IMG/VR virus record: IMGVR_UViG_3300027759_000046
Location: 1 to 64,000 of that record
Length of the DNA stretch: 64,000 nt
Direction: 5' to 3' (one strand)
Below the pieces are notes generated by a model. It was given only the letters and a program-made list of their open reading frames with translations, had not been told where the DNA came from and did not search any database. Below are positions 18,372 through 27,554 of the stretch, in pieces. Both the position numbers and the translations under genes were made by a program. The number at the start of each line of letters is the position of its first letter. Position 1 is the first letter of the stretch.

Positions 18372-20612
18372 TTATCTTATTATTTTATCAACTTGGAACG
18401 TAAAGTTTACCGGATCGGTGCAAGTAATTTCAACAATTGGGCGACCAGTTCTTCCATAATTTATTGGAAAATCTGCTTGCGTTAATGTATCAATTATTAC
18501 GCTGTATGCTGATACTTGATTTGATGCATTTAATGCATCGGTTTTTATGGTAATGTTATACGAATTTGTTACAATTTGAGTGTCAATTACAAGTCTAAGA
18601 GTTTGACCCTTTCTCCAATTAAACACAGAATCATCAATTTTAATCTCTTGATCTGATGTAATTGTCCAAGTTGCCGGATTTGAATTACTTGGCGAAATTG
18701 GTTTGTAGTGCTTGTAATAAGTATTTGAAATTCCAAGAGGTAAGGTTATTACGTTTAACACGTTAACCGTAGTATCAGATAAGTTAACTTGATTCATGTT
18801 TGAATAGGCTTGAACATCTGATGCAATTGTCATTTGACCTGGAACGTGTTTGTCGAGCACAATACCGTAACCTTTTCTAAATGGAGCAAGGTTATACTCT
18901 AACTGTAGAGAACTTCTATTATTAAATAGATCATCCATTCTGCTATTTAAACTGTCAATTAGGTCCATGATTGAGCTGGCTTCATCGAATGCAGCAGTTG
19001 ATGCAGAAACGGTTGTTTCTAGAGTTGCGACTCTTGTGGCTAGCGAATCAAGTCCACTTGTATTAACTAGGGCCTGCTTAGCCGAGTCTAGATCAATTCT
19101 TAGATTTTCTAACTCTGCTAATTTATCATTAAATTTGGTCTGTAATCTTCTAAACTCGGTTAGGACATCTAGGAATAGATCAAGACCAAATGTTGTATAA
19201 TCATTTACTGATTTTTCAACGGCAACATCCTCAATCGAAGTATCAAACTTAAGATTGATTTTAAATGCAAATGCATTACCGTTGGTTTTATTAATTGGAT
19301 CAGGTTTTTCCTTTGTGATTGTTGGAATAACAAAATCGATTCCGCTTTGTTCTGCTTTATTTAAGAAATAAACTCCGTATAGGTTTGTTGCAACCGCTGG
19401 CTCAGAAGAACCTGCTACTGGAATTGGATCATATACATCATAGTAAACTAGGATTGCATTAAATTCAAAATCCGCATTACCTACTGAATCATTCAATTGA
19501 GCAAGACTTTTTATGTTGGTATTTTGAGCAGCCACTTGATAGTTAGCAAGATCAAAATCAACAGTTACACCGTCTAGCGTTGAACGTAAATATTCGACTG
19601 CTCGAGTTGGTGAAGGGTTTTTCTTGTAAAGTTTTTGGCTTTTTATTTGAGATGAACCGTTTGATGAGGTTCCGGTAAGCGCTCCATAATATGCAGCTTG
19701 ATCTGTGTGATATGAATTTTGTAATTGATTTGCTCCCCACCAAAAACCAATACCGGTTGGGTTTGAAATTGCATTATACGGTGTAGTGATACTTGTCCAG
19801 TTAATTACAGTATTTGTTACGTCAGAAATCTTCTGAGTTGAATTATCTGAATCTAAATCGTAGATTGCATGTAAATCCATACCGGCAAATGGGTGAGTCT
19901 CATTATAATGACGACCTGCTAAAAATTCAATATCAAGAGGATCTCCAGGAGAATTTGTGATTAACATATCTGGATGGTAGTTAACATCTGCGATTGAATT
20001 AAATAGGACAGTTGGAGTTGTTCCAACGCTAGTCGGCACGTGAATGTAGATTTCGCTATATGAATTATCTTTATTTCTAACTGAGTTAATTACATCAATA
20101 TCGCCTAAGTATTTTACAACTCGATTGTATGAAGTAGTGGACTCATCTCCCCAATCTTCGGCCCAACGCTTTTCTCCTGTAGGTAGAGTTTGAATTACTT
20201 CGGAATTATTGGCATCTCTCCAACGAATTGCGCCAGATTCTTTTAACCATTTCCAAAAAACTCTTTCGCTAACGTTTAATTTCTTTTCACGCTGATAGGC
20301 TTCTTGCGAAATTAATAGGGTCTCCAAGTTAAGAGCATAGTTTTGAAAACTATTTGCCAGGTTTAGATTTTGGTTTGCGCTTAATCCATCTAATACTGGG
20401 CTCTCCCCAACTGCTAGAAACTGAGTTCGGTTATCGGTAGCCATTGTGGTTGGAATCCCAATTTCTGGAATTCTCAATAGCGCAAATTTTGAAAATCTAA
20501 ACTTATTTGTATTGTTATTAAACGTTAAAGTTAGATCTTCAAGCGAACTCTGGAATGTGTAAAACATCCCCTTTTGAGTCTGAATAGGTTTTATTAGTGG
20601 AGCTACTGCCAT
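18372..20612 (-). CDS. Virion structural protein with coiled coil (746 aa)
   Basis: Long ORF in the late operon with a coiled-coil segment (LQTKFNDKLAELENLRIDLDSAKQAL). Confidence 0.7.
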   Translation of the reverse strand: MAVAPLIKPIQTQKGMFYTFQSSLEDLTLTFNNNTNKFRFSKFALLRIPEIGIPTTMATDNRTQFLAVGESPVLDGLSANQNLNLANSFQNYALNLETLLISQEAYQREKKLNVSERVFWKWLKESGAIRWRDANNSEVIQTLPTGEKRWAEDWGDESTTSYNRVVKYLGDIDVINSVRNKDNSYSEIYIHVPTSVGTTPTVLFNSIADVNYHPDMLITNSPGDPLDIEFLAGRHYNETHPFAGMDLHAIYDLDSDNSTQKISDVTNTVINWTSITTPYNAISNPTGIGFWWGANQLQNSYHTDQAAYYGALTGTSSNGSSQIKSQKLYKKNPSPTRAVEYLRSTLDGVTVDFDLANYQVAAQNTNIKSLAQLNDSVGNADFEFNAILVYYDVYDPIPVAGSSEPAVATNLYGVYFLNKAEQSGIDFVIPTITKEKPDPINKTNGNAFAFKINLKFDTSIEDVAVEKSVNDYTTFGLDLFLDVLTEFRRLQTKFNDKLAELENLRIDLDSAKQALVNTSGLDSLATRVATLETTVSASTAAFDEASSIMDLIDSLNSRMDDLFNNRSSLQLEYNLAPFRKGYGIVLDKHVPGQMTIASDVQAYSNMNQVNLSDTTVNVLNVITLPLGISNTYYKHYKPISPSNSNPATWTITSDQEIKIDDSVFNWRKGQTLRLVIDTQIVTNSYNITIKTDALNASNQVSAYSVIIDTLTQADFPINYGRTGRPIVEITCTDPVNFTFQVDKIIR

Positions 20613-20623
20613 TTATGGTTAAA

Positions 20624-21772
20624 TTAGTTTATAACAGTAATGTTGTGACTGTTAGTGATTGTAAAATATGATGAATTGGTCTCGTGTTGAGTTTTTGTTA
20701 AACTTACGCTTGAACCTCTTTTACTAGGAACAGTTCCGCTTTGCACGTTTGTGTTAAACAACTTGATATAGGCTTTGTTGGTAAGAGTTGAACCAGATGT
20801 AGTTGCTGTAACGGTCGCGGTTCCACTACCAGGTAAGGTATTCCAGAGAGCACTATTAATGTATCCAGTTTTTAATTTACCTGCACCAACTGATGCATCT
20901 TGAACGTATCCTGATATAATATTGATTCCTAGCGTAGCTGTTCCGCTTGGGTTTTGAGGAGTTGGCCAGTCCGTAACGGCAACTTCAGTTGTTCCATTAG
21001 ATTGAAAAATCTTATTGATTATAAATGTAAAGGTTTGGCCAACTGCTGGGCGATTATCAGTTGTTGTATAATCTTCATGTAATAGCAACCAGATTGGCTT
21101 ACTAGCTGATTGAGTATAGCCTGAAGGTAAAATAAGGTCTAAATAGATGAATTGTGGGTCAGTCTTAGCTAGTTTCAAGTTAGCATAAGAATATAGTCCG
21201 CCATTGTCAACTAGTTGAACTGTTCTTGAAAATACTGAGCTTTGTTGAATTGCCTGTTTTGCAAAATTAGCTTCTCCGTAAAATCTTGATGGAATTGCTG
21301 TACTGCTATCTGGATCTCCAACGTATAATCCCTTGTCTGCAATACCTGCTCCACCTGAAGTTGGGTATCCGATTGCTGCGCCGCCAGTAGTTGTTCCAAT
21401 AACAACAGTTGGAGTTGCAACTTTTGAACCGGTCGCGGTTGACTGCATCGTCTTAGTAAAAGAGATATTATCTGCTAAGAAAGTTGATACTCCTGCACTC
21501 TGGGTTAAAGAGGCAATCGTTGCAGCAGCTCCGCTTGTTCCATTTTTGAATAGAATTTGACTGCTTACTACTACATTTTCAGTATAAACTTTTCCAATTG
21601 GTGAATCGACACCAATGTACTTGTTTACCAAGTCAATTTGTAGCTCATTAATAACGTCCTCAATTTGAGTTCTCAAAAGAGTAACGTTTGCATTAACGAT
21701 TAATCTCATATCTGAGATAAAGGTTGTCTCCAATAGTGGAGTAGTTGATAGGTTTGTTGGAGTAAATGCCAT
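20624..21772 (-). CDS. Putative virion structural protein (382 aa)
   Basis: S/T/G-rich ORF; first gene after the late motif at 21797-21804. Confidence 0.7.
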   Translation of the reverse strand: MAFTPTNLSTTPLLETTFISDMRLIVNANVTLLRTQIEDVINELQIDLVNKYIGVDSPIGKVYTENVVVSSQILFKNGTSGAAATIASLTQSAGVSTFLADNISFTKTMQSTATGSKVATPTVVIGTTTGGAAIGYPTSGGAGIADKGLYVGDPDSSTAIPSRFYGEANFAKQAIQQSSVFSRTVQLVDNGGLYSYANLKLAKTDPQFIYLDLILPSGYTQSASKPIWLLLHEDYTTTDNRPAVGQTFTFIINKIFQSNGTTEVAVTDWPTPQNPSGTATLGINIISGYVQDASVGAGKLKTGYINSALWNTLPGSGTATVTATTSGSTLTNKAYIKLFNTNVQSGTVPSKRGSSVSLTKTQHETNSSYFTITNSHNITVIN

Positions 21773-21796
21773 TTTACTAGTTTCTTTTTTTCTTTT

Positions 21797-21804
21797 TTAT
21801 TTAT
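21797..21804 (-). promoter_or_regulatory. Late promoter motif ATAAATAA
   Basis: Exact motif about 25 nt upstream of the ATG at 21772. Confidence 0.65.
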
Positions 21805-21813
21805 CAAAACCCC

Positions 21814-24800
21814 TTAACGGTGGGTCATCCGGTGTTTTCGGTCGTTTAATTGTTTCTCAATATTTCTAAAGTAGTCATCTGCTGATAACACATTACATAT
21901 TGAAGTTGTATATGCCGTTTCAGATACGTTATTTCGAGTATCTGTTGATTTTGCAGTTAGTCGATACTGGCCAGGTTCAGGAAATCTCCAAATAAAATAA
22001 GATGGAGATTTAACGGTAATGATCTCAGTATCAGTCTGATCATATAGAGTCCATTCGGTCTCAGTATTGGAAACAAGGTTTGAGATGTTTACAATGACCG
22101 GATGGAATACTGGAACAGTTAGAGTATCGCTAGTAGATTTTATATTAACTAAGTTAAATGAGTTTTCGTCGTAGTAAGACGGTAGAAAGCCAGTCTGTTC
22201 CCCAGTAGCATCGTCGAATTTAACATAACCTGCATCAATCCAGAATTGAATATTTGAAGCTGGCGCGGGTTTTCCCTGATCAATGTCTTTAACGATATTA
22301 TCAAATTCACAAGCTAGGAAGAGTAGATCTTCATCAACCTGGCGATTGACCTGAGAAAGGGTTTGTTGGATACTAGTAAAAGTATCGTCATCAAAAATAT
22401 TTCTAGGGTTATTAAATGTGTAAACTGGAAGGACTTGCCTAACTGTAAAGCTAGATAAATCTATACCGACTGTGGTTGACGCAATCATTTTAAAACTGTT
22501 AACTGTAACTTCGGTAACTAGTCCTTCTGCGTAATTAGCCGAACCATTAAACAGCTGAACTTGATCTCCGATTGATAAAATTAAATGAATATTTGGATCA
22601 GGACCGCCTGAGTATACAATTTCGTAAGTTTCGCCTAAGTTAATTACTGAGTTTGAAGCACCTGAGTTACTATCATCAATTTGATATGCTGATCCAATTG
22701 AGTCTATTCCAGTAACTAATTTTACTAATCTGATAATTGCATTATTTGTTTTTTGGAAAAACTTTGAGGTTGCTTTAATTGTTGAACCGACTATTTGATA
22801 TCTAAAATTATCCCAACCTGGATAAGAGGTAGTTGATAAGAAAGTTACAAGATCTGTGATTCTAATGCTTGAGCCTAATTCTGCGACAAGATCGATTTCA
22901 TGGAATCCACTGTATTGTATGCTTAGCACATTTAGGAATGGATCATTTGTTAAATCTGTTAAATCGGTTAGAGTGTAACCATTTAAGGTATCGCCAATGT
23001 AGCCAAAATCACTAAAGTCTAGATGATATAAGTCTTTAAATTTAGCAGTATCATAATCTTGAATTGTTGCCTGGCCATTTTTTGTACCTGTACCCCAATG
23101 TAGTTTGTCTGGGTGATTTGAATTAGCAAATGCCTCAAAGCCGTTTGCGACTGGGTTAAAGATTTGAATTTGGTCTTGATGACCTCCAATACTGTAATAA
23201 TTTGAATATGTGTACCAGTCTAGATAGTGACTGTTAATATCTGTAATTGCTCCATTTGGTCCATTTGGATTTATGACATTCGCAAATGGATCATATAGTG
23301 GACTGTTTGAAAGATCTCCAATTGTAACATTATGCAGGTTTCGGAAATTGTAACGGAATTTATCTTGCATCTTCATGAACGCTTGCAGAACTGGTGTATC
23401 CTTTTGAACTGTGATTCTTTGATAATCAACTGAAGTTCCGCCTTGCATGTCAAATGCCTTTATCTGAATTAAGTATTCTCCAGTGTGAGGTAGCATGTGA
23501 GGAATTTGTGCAAGCTCCGTGATTTTACCTCGGCGTTGGAAGAAATAACTTTGTGGACCTGTGATAGTCCATTCTAATTCATAACTATTTCTGTACTTAA
23601 TATTTGAGATTGTAAAATGTGAATCTATAATATGCAGTGTCCATGAAGTATTTGAAGTTAGGTAACCATTATAGTTTGTGATAGATATCGCTAAGGTATT
23701 GATTGGATATCCGATTGGATTTATCTCAGTTACGGTACCTTCCATCCATTGAGAATGGTCAGTTGTAACGTAAATTTTTAACTCCATGCCAACTGTAAAA
23801 GGTTGGACTGTTACGCACGTAAAATACTTGGTTCCAGTACCGATACTATTATTTGAAGAAGATGTTGTTGGAGAAATTGTAATAAAATCTCTAAATGTAA
23901 TGCTGTCTAGTTCTTGTAAAGTTAAGTCTGGAATATTTGCCTCTAATACGACTGGGCAGCCAATACTATCTAGCACATCATCACCTGAGTTTAACGGAGA
24001 AGACTCTCCGATATGTTTAAATTCATAATCTTTTAGTGCAGCATAATAGTCGCTGACCGCATTGATTAGGTATTGTGTTTGATTGAGCGGATACGCTTGC
24101 GAATCTTGATATGGGTTAACTTGGCCGTAATTAAAGGTTAGCGCTGGAAATGCGGTGATTCCATTTAATTTTGGATATAGGGTTTTTAGGTCCCTAATCT
24201 TTAACTCGGTTGAGGTTACGTCTGGGTAGATCAACTTTATTTTGTAGGTATCATTGATTTGTAAAGCCTCAATTTGAGTTAGGTCTAACCAGTTTCTAAG
24301 GTTAAATTTCTCAAAATAGATGAATTCTCCAATAATGTCTTTGATGATTACATTAATGGGGATAATTTCATTCTTTAGTTTTCTGGCAAGCCCATGTAAT
24401 TTAAAGAAGATCTCGTCTACTGTAAAATCAGTAGTTGAGACTACTTCAGGTAATCCATCATCGTCGTAAGTATCGCCAGCTATTGTGAACTCGTATGCAA
24501 GTGCAAGAAATTCAGTTTTTCTAAATTTGCCGCCTTTTTTAATTTGGCCGTTTTCGTCAACTAAGTTTATCTTGCTAGAGTCTCCGATCTGCATTAGGTC
24601 AGTGACATCAACCATTGCAAACTTTTTAAAATAAGTTGAATTTGGGTCAGCATCTCGCCAGTATTCTTTCACTCGAAGAATATCACGATAGCCCATTAAG
24701 TCAATTAGGTTAAGTAGACCTTTATAAGTACCGACGTACGGATAAACTTGATCAACGTTAACAAGTAATTGTTTTCTGGCTTGATTAATTTGGGCCCAAT

Positions 24801-25398
24801 CCGGTAAACCTTCTTTTAGATCGTAGTCTTTAAGTAATAGAGCATCTTCTCTATTAAACTTAACTCCAAAATTACTTAGCCAAACTCTAAAGCGTTCGTC
24901 TTCATCTTCGCCTTCTCCGTAAAAATTCATCTCTAAGACTAGAGTTGACTCAGTTAAGGTTGTGTAATGGATTTGAAGAGTGCGAGCATAGCTCTTTTCT
25001 TCAATTGGAGAAAATCCAATATTTAGTTGAAGCGGATATGTTAAGTCTAGTTGAGTTTGTGATTGACTAAAATCGCTGTGATTAATGGTTAGAGACTCTT
25101 CTCGATTTAAAAAAACGTTTGAGTCAGCGTGTAGACCTTCTCGAGTTACTGTGAAAATGAAAAAATTATCCTTGGCCTCAGCTGTTTTCCAGGTAACCTC
25201 AAATTTAGAGCCTGCATCCATCTTTGGAAATGAATAGACGCCGTTTGTATTTTCTAAGATAAAGAGGTTTGAGCAGTCATATAGGGCAACTGATATTGGT
25301 AAAAAATAGTCTGCCCCCTCCCAAAATCCATCAGTTGATTGACTTAGGTTATAGGATTCTCCGTTCTTATCGAAAAATACGAGGTTATTAATATTCAT
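21814..25398 (-). CDS. Large virion protein, baseplate-wedge-like, with PKD/Ig-like domains (1194 aa)
   Basis: The YPYVGTYKGLLNLIDLMGY..LRVKEYW segment resembles baseplate wedge proteins. PKD-like motifs (PHTGEYLIQIKAFD; FPEPGQYRLTAKSTD). Late motif at 25419-25426. Confidence 0.6.
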   Translation of the reverse strand: MNINNLVFFDKNGESYNLSQSTDGFWEGADYFLPISVALYDCSNLFILENTNGVYSFPKMDAGSKFEVTWKTAEAKDNFFIFTVTREGLHADSNVFLNREESLTINHSDFSQSQTQLDLTYPLQLNIGFSPIEEKSYARTLQIHYTTLTESTLVLEMNFYGEGEDEDERFRVWLSNFGVKFNREDALLLKDYDLKEGLPDWAQINQARKQLLVNVDQVYPYVGTYKGLLNLIDLMGYRDILRVKEYWRDADPNSTYFKKFAMVDVTDLMQIGDSSKINLVDENGQIKKGGKFRKTEFLALAYEFTIAGDTYDDDGLPEVVSTTDFTVDEIFFKLHGLARKLKNEIIPINVIIKDIIGEFIYFEKFNLRNWLDLTQIEALQINDTYKIKLIYPDVTSTELKIRDLKTLYPKLNGITAFPALTFNYGQVNPYQDSQAYPLNQTQYLINAVSDYYAALKDYEFKHIGESSPLNSGDDVLDSIGCPVVLEANIPDLTLQELDSITFRDFITISPTTSSSNNSIGTGTKYFTCVTVQPFTVGMELKIYVTTDHSQWMEGTVTEINPIGYPINTLAISITNYNGYLTSNTSWTLHIIDSHFTISNIKYRNSYELEWTITGPQSYFFQRRGKITELAQIPHMLPHTGEYLIQIKAFDMQGGTSVDYQRITVQKDTPVLQAFMKMQDKFRYNFRNLHNVTIGDLSNSPLYDPFANVINPNGPNGAITDINSHYLDWYTYSNYYSIGGHQDQIQIFNPVANGFEAFANSNHPDKLHWGTGTKNGQATIQDYDTAKFKDLYHLDFSDFGYIGDTLNGYTLTDLTDLTNDPFLNVLSIQYSGFHEIDLVAELGSSIRITDLVTFLSTTSYPGWDNFRYQIVGSTIKATSKFFQKTNNAIIRLVKLVTGIDSIGSAYQIDDSNSGASNSVINLGETYEIVYSGGPDPNIHLILSIGDQVQLFNGSANYAEGLVTEVTVNSFKMIASTTVGIDLSSFTVRQVLPVYTFNNPRNIFDDDTFTSIQQTLSQVNRQVDEDLLFLACEFDNIVKDIDQGKPAPASNIQFWIDAGYVKFDDATGEQTGFLPSYYDENSFNLVNIKSTSDTLTVPVFHPVIVNISNLVSNTETEWTLYDQTDTEIITVKSPSYFIWRFPEPGQYRLTAKSTDTRNNVSETAYTTSICNVLSADDYFRNIEKQLNDRKHRMTHR

Positions 25399-25418
25399 GC
25401 AAGCTAGCCACCTTTCAA

Positions 25419-25426
25419 TTATTTAT
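25419..25426 (-). promoter_or_regulatory. Late promoter motif ATAAATAA
   Basis: Exact motif about 20 nt upstream of the ATG at 25398. Confidence 0.65.
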
Positions 25427-25443
25427 TAAGGGTAGGACTGGAG

Positions 25444-25887
25444 TTAAATAGTGTAGATCTCGCTCTCACCTGTAAAGCTCAACGAAACAAATTCAACTTT
25501 TTCACCCTTACCGATATGTTTGTAAATTTTCTTGTATTCTTTAGCGTATCCATTCTTTGCAATTTGTGTGAAATATGCAAAAGCGTTGTTGGATTTCTCT
25601 TCGTTAAAATTTCTCCAATATCTCAGTAGATCAAGTAGCGCCGACTGAATACAATCTTCTTTGTCTAGCGGATTTGAGAAAGTTAGTTTTAGGATAGCTC
25701 GATTTGCTAGTAGTATAAAGTACTCTACTGCTCTCGGTGAAAGCTCACCAGCTGTGTGTTGGTAGCCAGTTTCTTCGTTTAAGTGCCCGTGTTTACATCG
25801 AATGATCTCATTTGTGAAATCTCGATTATTTATGTAGTACTTGCTCTGTTTTGCTTTACTTAGTGGTTTAACTACTTCAGTTGACAT
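25444..25887 (-). CDS. gp55: Late-transcription sigma factor (T4 gp55-like)
   Basis: YINNRDF..YFILLANR..DKEDCIQSALLDLLRYWRNFNEEKSNNAFAYFTQIAKNGY matches the gp55 family signature. Confidence 0.85.
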   Translation of the reverse strand: MSTEVVKPLSKAKQSKYYINNRDFTNEIIRCKHGHLNEETGYQHTAGELSPRAVEYFILLANRAILKLTFSNPLDKEDCIQSALLDLLRYWRNFNEEKSNNAFAYFTQIAKNGYAKEYKKIYKHIGKGEKVEFVSLSFTGESEIYTI

Positions 25888-25888
25888 G

Positions 25889-26557
25889 TTAATTTGGTTC
25901 TTTTAGGGACTCGTGTATTTTTAAAACAGCTAAGTAGGAGTCAATCATGTCCATAAATGGTGATTTGACCTCTTGTTTTTTAAGTATTAGATCTTCATAC
26001 TTATTTATTGCATTGTGTAGATCGCTGTTGATTGCGAGTCTTGGGTTTTCTTTAAAAGTTTGGTATACGTCATACTTACCGGCATTACCTTTAGCGCCAA
26101 TTGCATTCTTTAGCTCTCCTGGTGAAAAAATGAATAGCTTTTCGCTATGGCCATTTAGTAATCTGTCTAATAAGGCTTTTCTCATCATACCGGTTGACTG
26201 TGCAATATCTAATAGGGCATTACCTTGGGCGCCGTACGCAATTCCTTCAATAGAAACTATGACACGGTCATCATTTTTCACATGCGCTAATATCTGAGTG
26301 ACGAATGTATCGACTAGAGTTGAATAGTTAGAAAGCTTTGACCTTTCAATTGCTGAATAGGTATCTTGGCCTTTCTCTCTAGCTGGTAAATGAACAAATT
26401 TTAGATTTTTGAACTCAAGTTCAGTATCATCTAGGAACTTTTTATGGATTTTAGTGGTATTAGTATTAACACAGGCCACCCAGTTGAAACTTTTAAAGTC
26501 TCTACTGATGCATGCTGCAGGATACTGTATCGAAAAATCTATTCCAATGATGATCAA
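25889..26557 (-). CDS. RuvC-like Holliday junction resolvase / RNase H-fold nuclease
   Basis: N-terminal IIGIDFS.QYPAAC, central SIEG..YGAQG, AGKYDV and C-terminal DMIDSY acidic residues. TTG start. Confidence 0.7.
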   Translation of the reverse strand: MIIIGIDFSIQYPAACISRDFKSFNWVACVNTNTTKIHKKFLDDTELEFKNLKFVHLPAREKGQDTYSAIERSKLSNYSTLVDTFVTQILAHVKNDDRVIVSIEGIAYGAQGNALLDIAQSTGMMRKALLDRLLNGHSEKLFIFSPGELKNAIGAKGNAGKYDVYQTFKENPRLAINSDLHNAINKYEDLILKKQEVKSPFMDMIDSYLAVLKIHESLKEPN

Positions 26558-26580
26558 GGTTCATAAATGTCATTTTGTCT

Positions 26581-26608
26581 ATTCTACTCATAAAAAAAAT
26601 TTAGTTTT
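26581..26608 (-). promoter_or_regulatory. Putative phage early/middle promoter AAAACT-N16-TAGAAT
   Basis: Same 16-nt-spaced bipartite motif as at six other intergenic sites. Faces the RuvC-like/gp55 genes. Confidence 0.6.
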
Positions 26609-26613
26609 TATTC

Positions 26614-26641
26614 AAAACCTTTTGAATGCATACTGTAAAAA
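26614..26641 (+). promoter_or_regulatory. Putative phage early/middle promoter AAAACC-N16-TAAAAA
   Basis: Motif match, back-to-back with the minus-strand copy. Faces the exonuclease-groEL genes. Confidence 0.5.
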
Positions 26642-26763
26642 AAGGGTGTTGGGAGGGTATAGTCTCTTAGGTTCTTAGTTACTTAGTCTACTTATTTTAT
26701 TAATAATAAAGATTAGAGATTCTAAGTATCTAGGCTCTTAGCAGCCAAATCTCAACACTCTTT
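26641..26763 (+). other. Long imperfect inverted repeat (rod-like hairpin; candidate structured RNA or origin element)
   Basis: 26641-26654 pairs with 26750-26763 (14 bp, 2 G-U). Inner stems: TACTTAG/CTAAGTA, CTTAG/CTAGG, TCTA/TAGA and TTTATT/AATAAA. Confidence 0.55.
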
Positions 26764-26796
26764 AGTACATTGTGATTAACTTCTAAATATAAATTC

Positions 26797-27540
26797 ATGT
26801 TCGATCAACACCAAACTGAGAAATTCCTATTTTTTGACATTGAAACTGCGGGCATTGAGGCCGATTTTTCAAACCTGTCGCCCAGACTACAAGAGCAATG
26901 GCAGCATCGCGCTGAGTTCTTAAGAAATCAACTTGCACAAAAGTATCCGGACAATGCAGGTAAAGAAACTGCTGAGCTTTTTGCTGAAAAGGCAGCATTG
27001 CAGGCTGAATTCGGTAGAATTGTTTGTATTTCATTTGGAAAAATTAAGTTTAATGAAGATCTTGAGCCAGTTGCTCAATTAGTTTCATATACTGGAACAG
27101 AAGAAGAGATCTTAACCAATTCTTTTAAATTAATAAGCGGCTTAACTAAACAAGGTGTCAAGCTAGTCGGTCACAATATTAAAAGATTCGATATTCCGTT
27201 CTTATGTAAAAGAGCTTTCATCAATCATATAGAAGTCCCAACAGCCCTTCAAGTCTGGGATCGTAAACCTTGGGAAATTCCAGTAGTCGATACTTCAGAA
27301 CTTTGGAGTTTTGGCGCATGGCAAGAAGGATTCACCTCACTTGATCTGCTTTCTGCCGTTTTAGGATTGCCTTCACCAAAAGATGAGATGAAAGGCTCAG
27401 AGGTTCATAGCGAATTTTATTCTGGCAACATCTTAGAGATTCAAAAATACTGTCAAAAAGACGTAGTTTCCTTAATAAAGATAATTCTTTCTCTTTCAAA
27501 CCTAAACCAATTGGAAGATTCGAATATAATAATCAAGTAA
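26797..27540 (+). CDS. Stand-alone DEDD 3'-5' exonuclease (PolB exonuclease-like family)
   Basis: FFDIETA (ExoI), AEFGRIVCIS, VGHNIKRFDIPFL (ExoII) and YCQKDV (ExoIII). Confidence 0.85.
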   Translation: MFDQHQTEKFLFFDIETAGIEADFSNLSPRLQEQWQHRAEFLRNQLAQKYPDNAGKETAELFAEKAALQAEFGRIVCISFGKIKFNEDLEPVAQLVSYTGTEEEILTNSFKLISGLTKQGVKLVGHNIKRFDIPFLCKRAFINHIEVPTALQVWDRKPWEIPVVDTSELWSFGAWQEGFTSLDLLSAVLGLPSPKDEMKGSEVHSEFYSGNILEIQKYCQKDVVSLIKIILSLSNLNQLEDSNIIIK

Positions 27541-27554
27541 AATAACACAATTAG

